Source: Podarcis erhardii (taxonomy: Eukaryota). From it: 64,000 nucleotides of DNA. Made by a program: the position numbers and the translations under genes. Positions 50,214 through 62,400 of this stretch are shown here, one piece after another. Within the stretch, counting starts at the first letter, position 1; the number at the start of each line of letters is the position of its first letter. The stretch lies in the NCBI GenBank assembly GCA_964252035.1, contig OZ176204.1, one strand, 5' to 3'. Under the pieces are notes generated by a model. That model was not told the origin of the DNA and made no database searches. It worked only from the letters and a program-made list of their open reading frames with translations.

Positions 50214-50571
50214 GGAGGGACGCGGGTGGCACTGTGGGTTAAACCACAGAGCCTAGGGCTTGCCGATCAGAAGGTCGGCAGTTCGAATCCCCGTGAAGGG
50301 GTGAGCTCCCGTTGTTCGGTCCCTGCTTCTGCCAACCTAGCAGTTCGAAAGCATGTCAAAGTGTAAGTAGATAAATAAGTACAGCTCTGGTGGGAAGGTA
50401 AACGCCGTTTCCGTGCGCTGCTCTGGTTCGTCAGAAGCAGCTTAGTCATGCTGGCCACATGACCCGGAAGCTGTACGCCAGCTCCCTCGGCCAATAAAGC
50501 GAGATGAGCGCCGCAACCCCAGAGTCGGTCACGACTGGACCTAATGGTCAGGGGTCCCTTTACCCTTTACC
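50214..50571 (+). mobile_element. Sauria SINE (lacertid type), full length
   Basis: gggacgcgggtggcactgtgggttaaacc...gttcgaatccc...catgacccggaag...gactggacctaatggtcaggggtccctttaccctttacc. 11-bp TSD tagagggcact at 50203-50213 and 50572-50582. Confidence 0.93.
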
Positions 50572-50635
50572 TAGAGGGCACTAAAGAGGACTTTATGGAA
50601 TGGAGGGGGGGCGGGAGTGGCTTGGAACAAAGTTA

Positions 50636-50974
<339 letters not shown>

Positions 50975-51340
50975 TTAGGCGGGGCTGTCGGCTGAGCTAC
51001 TATTATAGCTCTGCAACCCCGCTCACCCATAATGACAAGCCTGGTGTCAACGTTGCTATTTTCCCAGATGCAACAAACTCCGCTCGCACCACAAAACATC
51101 TCGCCGGGGGTAAATGCTGCTTTTTGGACACGTGAGCCTCATCTCACAAGGAGAGGAAGCCACTGGGTTTGGGGAGAGGAAAGGAAGTCTGGACCACATA
51201 TGCATAGCAGGGAGAACCTGACAATCAGTTTCTGGCATCCAGCTCCAAATCCTGCACGTGCTCCATAGGGCACCTGCATCCCTCTGCTAGCGGTGAATAT
51301 GGTGGGAGTGGCAGCGCTGCGTCAAGAGGGAACCCCCTAC

Positions 51341-51584
51341 CTGTGGCACTGGTGCCAGATCCAGGCGTGGCGTCCGGTTTTTGGAAGGAAGTCAGCCCGG
51401 CCGAGGTTGTGGATCTGCGAGGAGAAGCGCAGCAGGCGCCGATGGCCGTAGGGCCACTCCATGCGATCGGCAGAGGCAGAAAGGCAGCCTTCCTCGTGCG
51501 CACAGGACAGCATGCTCAGTGGGCGGTCCTCTAGATAGGCAGTCTCCTGCACCATTTGGGCACTCATCACCAGATCTGGGGCAG
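51341..51584 (-). CDS. LOXL4: LOXL4 exon 11 (start of lysyl-oxidase domain)
   Basis: Acceptor ttgcag|CT. Encodes [35 protein letters not shown]...[28 protein letters not shown]. Donor AG|gtaggg. Confidence 0.97.
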
Positions 51585-51777
51585 CTGCAAAGAGAAGTCC
51601 AAAGTTACACGGGGTGTCACGCTGTCCCGACTGTGTGTGTAGTGGGAGGTTAAACTCTGAGGACAGACAACCCTGATCTGCCATACTGCTTCCTCCCAAG
51701 CGCCTCCCTAATAGCTGTATCCTTTTAACTTAGCGCTGACAAGAGTCCTTGGCTCAGCTTTGGCATATGGCCAGAGA

Positions 51778-52027
51778 CAGGGCCTTGCAGAGCCAGGCAG
51801 AAGCCTGGACCAGGTAGATAATGTGCCCTCCCCTTTTTTTTTACCCTGGGGATAACTGAAGTCTTATAAACACATAAGTATATAAATAGTTTTCACAAAA
51901 GTTATGCTGACAAATAATTTTATTTCAAGGCCCCTTGTGATTGTGAATATGCTGACCAAGGCCCCTTTTGGAATCGGAGGCCCAGGCCAAGTGGCCCATA
52001 TGGCCCCCCCCCCTCTGTCTGGGCCTG
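51778..52027. mobile_element. hAT MITE
   Basis: Ends CAGGGCCTTGCAGAG / CTCTGTCTGGGCCTG. 8-bp TSD gccagaga/gccagaca (7/8). Confidence 0.7.
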
Positions 52028-52084
52028 GCCAGACATGAATCTACCTGCCTTCCCCCAGGACAGAACTATGCTTCTCTCTTTTTT

Positions 52085-52300
52085 TTTATGTTTATATGCC
52101 AATTTTATCTTCCAAGGATCTCATGGTTCTCCTCTTCTCCATTTAATCATCACAACCACCCTGTGAGGTAGGCTAGGCTAAGAGATAGAAGGCGACTCGC
52201 CCAAGGTTATTCAAAGAGCTTCATGGCCGAGTAGGGATTCGAACCCTGCTCCCCCAGGTCCTGGTCCAAGACTCTAACAATTATGCCACGCTAACTCTCT
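52085..52300 (-). mobile_element. MIR/CORE-like SINE
   Basis: The + strand reads catcacaaccaccctgtgaggtagg...gcccaagg...gggattcgaaccc, a reverse-complemented tRNA head plus CORE-type body. Confidence 0.7.
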
Positions 52301-52386
52301 ACGTGGCTGCTACATCCCTGCAGATGTAGCTGCCATATCACGTTATGCGCTGTCACCAATGCTGGTCTGTTTCCCTTTCCACTCAC

Positions 52387-52549
52387 TGCTGGTGCAGGTG
52401 ACTCCGGCAGAAAAGCGCCCCCCTCCGGACGGGCAGTGCACAGGCCCATGGTGCTGGCACTCCAGGATGGAGAGTTCAGTGCCTTTGCAGCGCACGCCGC
52501 TCAGCACCACCTTGGCAGCGTCAGAGTTTCCCTGCCAGTACCACGTCTC
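52387..52549 (-). CDS. LOXL4: LOXL4 exon 10 (SRCR4 second half)
   Basis: Acceptor ttccag|GAG. Encodes ETWYWQGNSDAAKVVLSGVRCKGTELSILECQHHGPVHCPSGGGRFSAGVTCTS. Donor A|gtgagt. Confidence 0.96.
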
Positions 52550-52787
52550 CTGGAAAGAGAGCAAAGGCAATTCTGTTGAGCAAAACCCCACACGACCCTG
52601 GGAGCGTTGGGTGCAAAGCAGCCCTTCTTCATCGCACAAGCTCCAGGGCGCCCTGCTCAACTCCTCCCCAGCTCTGGATGCTTGGACAGGAAGCCTCAGC
52701 CTCCATCCATGCGACTGAGGAAGTGAGCCACGTGCAGCTGACTGCTCAAGGCAGGATCAGAACCTGGCTCTGGGTGCAAGAACTCAC

Positions 52788-52955
52788 CTGGAGAGCATGG
52801 CTGGCAAAGCCCAGCCCCAGTTGCCGGCACACGACCATGGCTTCCTGGAGTCCCCAGTGTTCCCCACAAACGGCACCCCAGCGCAAGGCACCTCCCTTGG
52901 AAACCAGGATCTCAACCACGCCCTCCTCTGGAGTGCGCCCACCGGCCAGGCGTAC
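52788..52955 (-). CDS. LOXL4: LOXL4 exon 9 (SRCR4 first half)
   Basis: Acceptor tttcag|GTA. Encodes [56 protein letters not shown]. Donor |gtgagt. Confidence 0.95.
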
Positions 52956-53286
52956 CTGAAAGAGGGAAATGGATTAATGGGCTAGATCATTCCAGGGTAG
53001 TAAGGTCTGGGTCACAGGTGTACCTATGACCGCTGCTAAGAATTCAGAGAAGGAAAGGGCCCAGTGACTAAGGGATGCAGGCTTGAGAGCACCTCACCCA
53101 AGTGGCAGCTGTTTGTCTTCACATGGGCTTGAGATGGGCCTCAGCTGCTTTGCAGCCCCCCAGCCCTGAACTTTGGGCCCAGCAAGTGTCATTTCAGCTA
53201 CCAGAGTCCAAAAGAATAACACCTGATTCCCCTTCCTCGTGTTATTTGTCTCACTCCCTGTGTGCCCCCAAGGAATCGGGTCTTAC

Positions 53287-53441
53287 CTGGCTCCGAGCTT
53301 CTGTCCGGGGCACATTACAGCGAACAGCTGCATCTGCTTCGTGACGGCACCCTGTCTGCATCGCCCCTTGGGAGCGGCACTCTGCCAGCGAGCGCTCGTA
53401 GCCCCTGCACCGCACTCTTGTCAAGTGGATGGGACCCAGGC
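53287..53441 (-). CDS. LOXL4: LOXL4 exon 8 (SRCR3 second half)
   Basis: Acceptor ttacag|GC. Encodes (G)LGPIHLTRVRCRGYERSLAECRSQGAMQTGCRHEADAAVRCNVPRTEARSQ. Donor |gtaaga. Confidence 0.95.
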
Positions 53442-53516
53442 CTGTAACAGGAGCCGCTTTTAGTAGGGATGGACAGTCACCAGACTGGCCTCACTGCTTC
53501 CCCAACCTCTGTTTTC

Positions 53517-53654
53517 ATGGAATTGTAGAGTCAGGAGGGACCATGAGGACCACCTAGTTCAACCCCCTACAGTGCAAGAATCTTTTGCCCGATGTGGGGC
53601 TCAAACCCCCGACCCACGATTAAGAGTCTCACGCTCTACTGACTGAGCTATCCC
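53517..53654 (-). mobile_element. tRNA(Lys)-derived SINE with CR1-type tail
   Basis: Reverse complement: gggatagctcagtcagtagagcgtgagactcttaatc...gggcaaaagattcttgcactg... Same family as 49973, 56632 and 60269. Confidence 0.88.
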
Positions 53655-53938
53655 AGCACGATGTTTTGCTTGGCTCTTCCTCTCCCTGCTTCTTCTTCTT
53701 CCTCCCCTGCCTCAACAGTCCCTTGGATCTCTCTCCCCAGCCCACACTCTCCGTCACCAAAGATTCCTTCTGCCACCCTCCATGGGTCTCCCTTTCCCCT
53801 TCCAAACTGTGTGGCTCTGTGGCGTGTTCTAGAGGGAGGGACACCTGGCCCAGAACTGGTCCTTTCCTTGTCTCTCCTTCCCCCATAGGACGAGGGAAGC
53901 TCCCCTGTAATGCTTGCATAGCCTCATCCTCTACTCAC

Positions 53939-54122
53939 CTTGGCCCAGCTGAGCCCTGGAAAGAGCTTCTCGTGCCGTGCCATATCCCAGTTGTCGGCAC
54001 ACCACACTGGCGGCAGGCAGGTCCCAGTCTTCATCACACACAGTGCCCCACTGGCCACCCACCAGCACTTCCACACGTCCTTCACCTATTTGTGCACCCG
54101 CACGGAGACGAACCTGCTGCTC
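53939..54122 (-). CDS. LOXL4: LOXL4 exon 7 (SRCR3 first half)
   Basis: Acceptor ctgcag|GAG. Encodes EQQVRLRAGAQIGEGRVEVLVGGQWGTVCDEDWDLPAASVVCRQLGYGTAREALSRAQLGQ. Donor G|gtgagt. Confidence 0.96.
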
Positions 54123-54665
54123 CTGCAGGAGTGGAAAAGCGGATATGAGACAAAGCAGGCACGAGGGCACCTGCCTGTCTTGACAAAGCTGCCAACTTGA
54201 ATAAAATACTGGCATAATAAAAAAATTGGGGAAAGTAAGCCCCACCCCACGTAACTGATCACAGGATGTGGCACACGCACACCGTTTGAATGGCAATGCC
54301 CACCAAATCTGGGGCAGCAGTCCCCTCAAATATTTTACTGGGGGGCCGAAGGGACATTGCCCCCTAGGAGCTGGCTACTAGGACTGGGTGACTTCTAAAG
54401 TAGCAATGGCAGGGAAGACCAAGAGGGAAATAATGGTTTTTTTGCCATGACAGTGCAGTTATTGGTGGAACCTACAGTTCCACTGCACCATCAGTTCTCC
54501 CACGCTTGATAGGAAGACTTTGGCCTAGTTCTTGGTTTTATAGTCTTATCTTTTGTAAACCACTTTAAGGTGTTTAAATTTTATGAAATAAATAAGGGAA
54601 TCCTTCTTGCAAGGTGTGTCTGACACCAACTCTGCCCATTGGGAAATGTGCCCCCTTCTGCTTAC

Positions 54666-54882
54666 CTCTTTGGGCTTGGCTTGGCCAGGCAGCTTGGCTC
54701 TGATAGGCTGGAACTGTGGTCCTGCTATACAGCTGACCAGGGCATGCATGCCCCCGGGACAGGAAGGTTGGTTCCTAGCTGGGGGAGGCACATGCAGCTT
54801 GCATTCACCCAGATGGGCCTCTGTGCCCAGGCACTTGATCCGGTGGATCCAGAACGTGTTGTTTGCAGTCAGGCTCTTTAAA
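54666..54882 (-). CDS. LOXL4: LOXL4 exon 6 (SRCR2 second half and linker)
   Basis: Acceptor ttacag|T. Encodes LKSLTANNTFWIHRIKCLGTEAHLGECKLHVPPPARNQPSCPGGMHALVSCIAGPQFQPIRAKLPGQAKPKE. Donor |gtaagc. Confidence 0.94.
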
Positions 54883-55275
54883 CTGTAAAATTAAAAGGCA
54901 GAGGTGATAGGGAGGTGGGTGGACCTCATCCCAAATGATCTTTCCTCTCACAATCTTTGCTGGTGCTTCAAAAATTTGCTGCTAAAAGCTCTTGGGAGCA
55001 TGCAGGGAAAGGGGAGGGGGGCAAACGAATCCCTGAGACCCACATCTCACTTCTGGCTCTGAGCCTGAGGCAGACATTGCCCATCCTGACTTTTGGACAA
55101 GGTAGGGGTCATCAAAGGGGACTTTTGGACAGGAAAGGGGTCATCCTTGTGCAGAGATCTCATATTCTGGCCTCTAGAGATGATGCTTCTCCTTCCTAGC
55201 ATTTCCAAGTCTCCTCTTATCACATTTTGATTGTGCACTGCTGAACAGAAGGACAAGACTGGTAAAAATCCTCAC

Positions 55276-55314
55276 CTGGACCGTGGATCCTTCAGCTTCT
55301 GATTCCAGAGTTTC
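55276..55314 (-). CDS. LOXL4: LOXL4 exon 5 (39-nt micro-exon in SRCR2)
   Basis: cttcag|G AAA CTC TGG AAT CAG AAG CTG AAG GAT CCA CGG TCC AG|gtgagg gives (R)KLWNQKLKDPRS, like the remembered LOXL4 KVWDLKMRDPKSR. Phase 2 at both ends. Confidence 0.9.
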
Positions 55315-55436
55315 CTGAAGGGTGAGAAGATTGAATATCAGTGCATCAGGAGAGTGGTATTGAGAACACGCATGGTGTGTGACTGGAGTTGCCACTTCTA
55401 TAGAGACCCAAATGTGCTTTCTATTGAGACGTTTTG

Positions 55437-55615
55437 CAGTGGGTTTTTCTGGGGGGGATGCAGTGGTACGCATACCCCTAAACATTTTGTGTATCTTTGT
55501 ACTTTTGTCCATTTACTGTATTTATTTTTCCTGATTTGAACTATAAAATGGTGGTGGTGGGGGTTTGAGTCAAAATGAGAGTACGCCTAAACATTTTTTA
55601 AGAAAAAAAGCACTG
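55437..55615. mobile_element. hAT MITE (inverted copy of 42437-42610)
   Basis: CAGTGGGTTTTTCT ... AGAAAAAAAGCACTG. TSD acgttttg/actttttg (7/8). Confidence 0.82.
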
Positions 55616-56631
55616 ACTTTTTGTTTAGATGGGTTCTTTTTCAAAAAGTTCATCATCATAGATTCTAAACACTTATTCTACTACTACTATTACTAATAGT
55701 CATAACAATTTATTTATTTATCACCTTTCTCACACATCTCAAAGTAATGTATGACATGTAATAAAAATAGGGGGGGGGGAGACCAACAACACAGAAAACT
55801 GCAGTAAATTTAAAAGACAAAATACAAAGTAAACACCCGTTCCAGAGCCTTATTTATCCAACTGCCCTTCCTTTCTCCCACTTTTTCCCTCTGGGGGAGC
55901 TACCCACATTTCAAACAGCAACTGGATGATGCTACTGTTGTCATGCCCTCACCACCACCAGACTCCTGGAAAGCTGCACGGTTTCTCCTGTAAACAAATT
56001 CCAGAGCTGTGGCAAATGGTACAAGAGTGCCAGCAGCCGCAGAAAAGGCTGGATAATCTAAATCAAGATTGTGCAGCTGTACCAAGGGCCTTGGCATCTT
56101 TAGCTGAATCCTCACCCTCATGGTCTGGGAAGATGGGCCCAAGTCTCTCCACAGCCCGCTTTGGCTGCAAGAAATATGTTGGTCTGGGGAGGAAGCCTCC
56201 CAGGCTCAGAGCCAGAAACAGCAGGTCCTTCTCCTCTGTGAGAAGCTGCCTGGGCCAGCCCCAGCCTTCTCTGTAATTACCCCACTGCGGTTTGGCTCAT
56301 CCCGCCGGAGAGATGGTCCTGGCACCCACACCTGCTCATTGCAGGGCTATATTTATAGAGAGAATGGTGGGTGGAGCATGGAAGATGAGCAGAAGAAAAC
56401 AGGGGCACGTGGGACTACCAGCACGTGAGGGGGGGGGCATGGTCAGATCCCACAAAGCCACAGGAATGGGACAGGACAGTCGTGAGAGACAAAAATGGAC
56501 ACTGAGGCAAGACATAGAGAGGCCATTGTGTCCCAGAAAGCCACTCATGTGCACCAGCCACCTGTGTATGCAGGACTATTGTGAAAATGGTGTTTTTAAA
56601 AAACCCCAAATCACATACTTCATAAGACTCT

Positions 56632-56779
56632 GGGGTAGCTCAGTTGGTAGAACAGGAGACTCTCAATCTCAGGGTTGTGGGTTCAAGCCCCAGGTTGGGC
56701 AAAAGATTCCTGCATTGCAGGCGGCTGGACTAGATGACCCTCGTGGTCCCTTCCAATTCTACAGTTCTATGATTCTATG
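56632..56779 (+). mobile_element. tRNA(Lys)-derived SINE with CR1-type tail
   Basis: ggggtagctcagttggtagaac...ggttcaagccc (A and B boxes), then gggcaaaagattcctgcattgcagg...ttctatgattctatg. Confidence 0.9.
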
Positions 56780-56780
56780 T

Positions 56781-56915
56781 GAGAACAGCCATAGCTCAAT
56801 GGTAGAGCATCTGCTTTGCAGCAGAAGCTCCCCAGTTCAAGCCCCAGCATCTCTAAGGTAGGGCTGGGAAAGTTTCCCTCCCCGAAACTGTCAGTCAGCA
56901 TAGACAATAGTGTTA
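56781..56915 (+). mobile_element. second, older tRNA-derived SINE
   Basis: gccatagctcaatggtagagcatctgctttgca...agttcaagcccc...gtagggctgggaaa...gtcagcatagacaata. Confidence 0.65.
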
Positions 56916-57049
56916 GAGATGTGGAGTCAACCCTAGAAGTTAAGAAATGCTAGGATTTGGGGTTCTTTGTGATATGAAGGGAGAATATAAGCTGCAAGGG
57001 GGTTCCTGGCTGGCTGAGGGAAGAGCAGAGCTGTGAGCATTACAACAGA

Positions 57050-57555
57050 GAACCATTTTGCAAAATTGCAAAATTGCAAAAGTAGATCAAAGACTATTCA
57101 TGTATGCCACAACAGCAGCAAGAATTTTGTTAGCCCAAAGGTGGAAGTCACAAGAATTATCAACGATTGAAGGGTGGCAGACGAAGATGATGGACTATGT
57201 GGAGTTAGCCAAGCTGACTTTTAGGATCTGGAACCAAGGCGGCCAGAAATTCCAAAGAGATTGGAGTAAATTTATTGAGTACTTGAAAGATTATTGCAAA
57301 AATGTGAAGACACTAGCAGGACTGAAATAAATCTTGTAACGTAACATAAAAATAGTATCTGATCATGGACCAAAAAATAACTTAATGTATACTGAAGGAC
57401 AGAAACTGGCAGTTGAAATGCGCATGCAATTTATTAGAAATTGGGAAACCAGTTGAAGGGAAGGAGGGAAGTCGTGTGCTCAGTGGAGCAAAAGTATTTG
57501 ATTTGTGTTTGAAAAGTTGTTATATTTTGTGTTATAAAAAAAGAAAAATAATAAA
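57050..57555 (+). mobile_element. L1 LINE 3' fragment (ORF2 C-terminus, UTR, A tail)
   Basis: ORF 57058-57330 LFMYATTAARILLAQRWK...EGWQTKMMDYVELAKLT...FQRDWSKFIEYL matches the non-mammalian L1 ORF2 C-terminus. A-rich tail near 57535-57555. Confidence 0.88.
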
Positions 57556-58149
57556 AGTTAGAGAGCCATTGAGGGTCATCAACAACTCCTTGTCCCAGGT
57601 GTGACCAGGGACTGGAGATTTGGAAGGTTGCCAGGGTAACAGCTCAGGGGAGGGCAAGGGGTTTCTGGGAAGAAGAAAGAGGAGGAAGGGAAAATATTGG
57701 TGAGGGTGAAGGAAAGACTGCCTGCACTGCTGTGGACCATGCTGTAGGATCTGAACCTCCTCCATGCAGATGGAAGGTGTAAACAGGCAAATAAATGCTA
57801 TTTCTTAAAGCATAACAACCTCCGCTGTGTCTTCTATTCTCAAAAGAGACACAGAATCTGTGTGGGCGCCTGAGATCCCGTGTGGGACAGGTGCCAGGCT
57901 TCTGTAACAATAGCAAGCAAGGCAGACCTAATCATCTGACTTAAACAGCTTCCGGTGTTCCTATGCACGAAATGCTTTCCCACCAAACACCCTGCACTGA
58001 TGCATATGCACCCTTTGTGCATGCACATCAAGCTGTCTCCCATCATGGGTGCCCTCTGTCGCTTTCTCAGCCACATCTGCACCACTGCGCCCTGACAAGG
58101 CAACTTGCCCTTCCACCTGGGCAGCCCCCCTCCCCCCACCAGCTCTGAC

Positions 58150-58355
58150 CTGTAGAAGCCTGTGGCAACTCGTCCTTCCTTGGGGAAGCCCAGCATCCCA
58201 CACACCACTCGAGTGTTGTTGCGCGTCCAGCCGGCATCACACACCTGGCGCCAACGCCCGTGGATTTTCACTTCCAGGGCGCCTTCTGTGATGGGGGAAG
58301 CCAACTTGGCCCTGGCCAGGATTGGCTTGATACGCACCTCTTCCACTCTGGAGTC
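58150..58355 (-). CDS. LOXL4: LOXL4 exon 4 (SRCR2 first half)
   Basis: Acceptor gcacag|GAC. Encodes [68 protein letters not shown]. Donor AG|gtcaga. Confidence 0.95.
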
Positions 58356-58544
58356 CTGTGCAAAAGAAAAGAAATGGTACGTGTTACTTCACCCGTCCAC
58401 AGATGAGGGGAGACATGTTCCAAGGTTGGGTTTGTCTCCCATTAGGCTGCAGATTTATGGCCACTTACTGAGGAATATGTACTATGAAACTCAGTTCGGC
58501 TCACATCTGAGCAAATAGGCCTGAGATGTGGGTCTAAGCCAAAT

Positions 58545-58675
58545 GTGGGGAACCTTTAGCTCTCCAGATGTTGCTGAACTCTGAGTCCCATCATCTCTAC
58601 CCATTGGCCAGCTGGCCATGACTGATAGGAGTTATCGTTCAGCAACATCTGGAGGGTCAAAGGCTGTCCACACTT
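58545..58675. mobile_element. degenerate hAT-type palindromic MITE
   Basis: Inverted arms ctccagatgttgctgaac / gttcagcaacatctggag, the same family as 46998-47126. Confidence 0.6.
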
Positions 58676-58705
58676 GTTCCAAGCCCCTCTTGCAGAGCTC
58701 CTCAC

Positions 58706-58866
58706 CTGGATGCGTGCCGTAGCTGGGTTGGATCGGCGTAGACCTGTGCAGATCACGCCCGTGTCCTCGTTGTGGTTGCAGTCTGTCACACCCCAGCCAT
58801 TGGATTCACACTCAGCCAAGGAACTTTCTGTGCCAGAGCAGCGCATGTTGTCCAGCCAGATGGGGC
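58706..58866 (-). CDS. LOXL4: LOXL4 exon 3 (SRCR1 second half)
   Basis: Acceptor ccatag|GC. Encodes (G)[53 protein letters not shown]. Donor |gtgagg. Confidence 0.96.
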
Positions 58867-60268
58867 CTATGGATAGACAGAACAAGGATTCCTAGCTATT
58901 CTTTTTCCAAGCATGGCTGCCACAGCCTGATTTCCTCCAGGTAGGTGCCACTTTCCTAGGAAAACCCATACTCTCTGATTTATATTGTAAGGCAGGGGTA
59001 GGCAGAAAGCAGACAAAAACCTACTGGCAGGAGACCCCTGGGTGATCTTCAGTAGGTGATCAAGGGTTTCTTGGCTCCCAATTTTAGTTGCTTGGAAACA
59101 GGAATGATAATGCCATATTCCTGTACCCACTTCTCTGGGAGCAAGTCCCATTGAGCTATTTCTGGGTTAACATGGATAGGATTGTACTGTAAAAGAAAAG
59201 CACCTATCTTTTTCTAAATGAGGCTGCTGAGGGTGGGTGGAAAGATGGAGATGATTTTGGAGCAAAAAGACCCCTGAGTTCAGTTTGGGTACCAAAACCA
59301 GATTTCTGTGCTGCTTATGTGCTCAGTCGTTATAAATAAATATCTGCCTCTTTGGAGCCACTATTTTGTACCTGGTTCTGGATGGTGAACGCTGGGGTTC
59401 AAGTTTGGAGGGGGGATCCAGAGTACATCCCCTAAACCTGAAGTCTGCCCATCCCTGCTAAGGTAAATCTTCCCATTAGCACAACACCAAAGCATTTGAC
59501 ATTAGAACAAGGACTTAATTTATCATGCAGATTTCTCTAGGCAGATTGACTGTGCTAATCGGATGCCAGCCTATCTGCGGCGACATGAGATATTTTCAGA
59601 CCTGAGATATTTTCAGTAGAATTACCTGACCGAAAAGAAAAGAAAAAAGCACCATGGATATAAATTAGCCTGAACGAAATACGCTGCATCATAGAGGGGG
59701 TCTGGCATTTCACAGCCCCCTAGACCTGGATGCATAGGTTCAAGATGGTGGCGTACGTTTCAGATGTGTGTGCCAACAGACAAGCACATTTTCAAAAGCA
59801 ATTTCTGCACCTTTGGTGCCACTCCAGGTTGGCATCTCTGTGCCCTTGGCAAGGCAGCCAGCACTTTGGAACACTGAGCAGGGTTGAAGTGAACCATTAG
59901 CAGGGAGTTCCTTCTAAAAAACTCCAGGTGGCACACTTGCCCTGCTCTTTATGGTGCCCCTTGCCAAGAGCAGTTTTCCTGAGGTGTGCCAAACCAAATC
60001 TTCCACCCACTGAGAGCCCTTGGTGACACTGGAGCTGATAAGAAGGCTAGAGCCTGACCAAAGCACTCGTTTCTAAAAAGGAAATGTTCTGTACAGCTCA
60101 GACTGGCCTGGAAGCAGCATTTCAGTTCCTGAAAACAAGGGCCCATGATCTTAATGTGGACTGTGGTTACTTGACAGTGAAGACAATGCTCTCTGTACCT
60201 GCTCAGAGGTCCTCTTTGCAGGTCCTCAACTTGGAAACTGGGAATAGGTCAGAAGGCTGAAGTCTGCA

Positions 60269-60420
60269 GGATAGCTCAGTCAGTAGAGCACAAGACTCTT
60301 AATCTCATGGTCGTAGGTTCAAGCCCAACATTGGGCAAAAAGATTCCTGCATTGCAGGGGGTTGGACTAGATGACCCTCGTGGTCCCTTCCAGCTCTACA
60401 ATTCCATGATTCTATTATGA
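60269..60420 (+). mobile_element. tRNA(Lys)-derived SINE with CR1-type tail
   Basis: ggatagctcagtcagtagagcacaagactcttaatc...ggttcaagccc...gggcaaaagattcctgcattgcaggggggttggactagatgaccc. Confidence 0.9.
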
Positions 60421-60486
60421 AACCCATCTAAATCTGAGCCCAGCAGCAGCAGCACCCCATGTCCCCCCATTCCAGTTCCTCCTTAC

Positions 60487-60745
60487 CATCTCCTGGGCCG
60501 TACTTGGCACTGTGCGCCCAGTTCACTGCACCTTCGTAGCCCAGCTCCCTGCAAGCCACGCCCGCCACATGGATGTTGAAGTCGTCGTCACACACGGTGC
60601 CCCACTGCCCATTGTACAACACTTCCAGCCGCCCTTCACCTACTTGGCTCCTGGGCCCCACCAGCCGCAGCTGAATCTGTGGACGCTGGGACCAGCTGGG
60701 CCCAGCCAGGCATGCCAGCAGGAGGAAGGTGAGATGAGAAAGCAT
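60487..60745 (-). CDS. LOXL4: LOXL4 exon 2 (signal peptide and SRCR1 first half)
   Basis: Acceptor tcccag| (exon starts 60771). ATG at 60745 gives MLSHLTFLLLACLAGPSWSQ (signal-peptide-like) then LRLVGPRSQVGEGRLEVLYNGQWGTVCDD...WAHSAKYGPGD. Donor G|gtaagg. Confidence 0.95.
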
Positions 60746-60969
60746 CGTGGGTCCAAGGATGACTGGAAGACCTGGGAAATATGAGGAACCTGATTAGTGG
60801 AAACATAGTTTTCTGGGTAAGGAACAAGGTCAGCGGAACTCCCTGCTACAATGAAACCATGTTTGATCAGGTATCATTACAGACACACAAAGTTACAGTG
60901 TGAGAAGGAAAGAGGCTGGGTAAATCTAACAGGGTTGATCCTTCCCAAAAGACTGGATATTGTACTACA

Positions 60970-61085
60970 GCAGGGTCCTCCAGTTGCTGTTGGACTCCAT
61001 CTCCCATCAGCCCTAGTCAGCACAGCCAATGGCTAGGGATGATGGGAGTTGTAGTCCAGAGTCATCACGTTAGTTTTTCCCATCC
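60970..61085. mobile_element. hAT-type MITE with ACTACA inverted repeat
   Basis: actccatctccca 60994-61006 and inverted tgggagttgtagt 61043-61055. Confidence 0.55.
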
Positions 61086-61959
61086 TATTGTCATGCTAGG
61101 GACAAATGAAGACAGAATAAAACTATGCAGTTAAATGGTTTCTATTGTTAGTTACTGCGACTGATTTTTTAAAACATTTCTATCCTGCTTTTCCACTGGA
61201 GACTTTCAAGGTGACTTGTAACACAGTATTTTAAAAACTAACACTCGTTTGGGAGAGTGTGTGTGAAAACAGCCAAAACAAAAAATTCAGGACCAGGAAA
61301 TGATGATAGTTATCCCACGCGAAGCACCTAACACTGATACCGTACAGGGTTTATACAAAACAAAAAAACGCACAGCCCGTTCCTCCAGGATGAATGGGTG
61401 GCCGACAGACAGATGTGGAGGGACAGAGAGACAGATGTGAACAGTTTGAGGCAAGAACATTCCAGCCACCCACACGCGCGGGATGGTGACTTATAATCTT
61501 CTGCTGAATACCTCCAATTCAGAGAGCTGAGATGTTTGTTTGTCTGCTTTTCCTTTATTTAGACGCTGCCTTGGGTGGTTTGGGGGGGGGGGGGAGGCGG
61601 GGGTAGCGGTTGTCAGTGTTTTCACCTGAGAACGCAGAGCTCACAGAATCGGAAGAGACTCCAGAGTTATCTAGTTCAAGCCCCTCATGGGAGAGAAAAG
61701 GAAACATTGCTGGACCCTCCCCTCTTTTATCGCTATTTTCCCAATACACGCCCCCCCCCCTCAAAATCAACAGAATGCACTTGCTGTTGAGATCCATGTT
61801 CCATTACTTTCTACCACCTGGTGTGTGGTTTTTTTTGGGGGGGGTTCTGTCTTGCAAAATAACTGACGCGCCCAATTTTTGGGGGAAAGAGTTGCAGGGG
61901 ACACCCCATCTCCCCACCCCCAAAATAACAAATCTCCCCAGAAATCCAGAGCCAATCCC

Positions 61960-62400
61960 GCAAAACCTCTCTCCCCAGCGAGACTTTCCGTCTGAATACT
62001 CACGTGCACGCGCGGCTCAGCCAGTCCAGGAGAAGGAGAGACGGGGCAACAAGTGAGCGATGCTGGCGGCCACGAGCGACGGAGCCGGAGAGAAGCGCAG
62101 GGGCTGCGGGCGCTCAGGCGGCGTCGATCCCGACCAGGATGTCCACGCGGAGCAGAGAGCGAGAGGTGAGCCGAGCCTGTCTCCGCGCTGCCGCCTCTCG
62201 TCCGCTCCGTCCGCAGCCCGTCCCGTCCAGCCTTTTTATCGTGGCGGCCGCCCCCTCTGGCTCTCGGACAGATCCGAGAAGGGGCAGGGCAGGACGGAGC
62301 CTCGACTGCCTGGATGTTCAAGAGGGGGGGGGGCCTTCAGAAAGCGCCCACGAATAGGGTGGCCGCAGCCTGCCGCTGCTTTCTCCATCTCAGGGGGAAA
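61960..62400. promoter_or_regulatory. LOXL4: CpG-island promoter of LOXL4
   Basis: Dense CpG and high GC around the putative first exon. Confidence 0.75.
62004..62210 (-). other. LOXL4: putative non-coding exon 1 of LOXL4 (start approximate)
   Basis: CpG-rich, with no ATG seen on the - strand. Strong donor CAC|gtgagt at 62003. TATA-like GATAAAAA at 62240-62233. Confidence 0.7.

Noticed and set aside
54184-54381. Possible additional hAT MITE
   Set aside because: The ends are only loosely inverted and I found no TSD, so it is not supportable without a consensus library.
56632-56705. tRNA-Lys-like sequences (also at 50040-50109, 53585-53654, 60269-60340 and 56785-56850) as tRNA genes
   Set aside because: Stems and anticodons are mutated, and each runs directly into a shared SINE body or tail. 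They are SINE heads.
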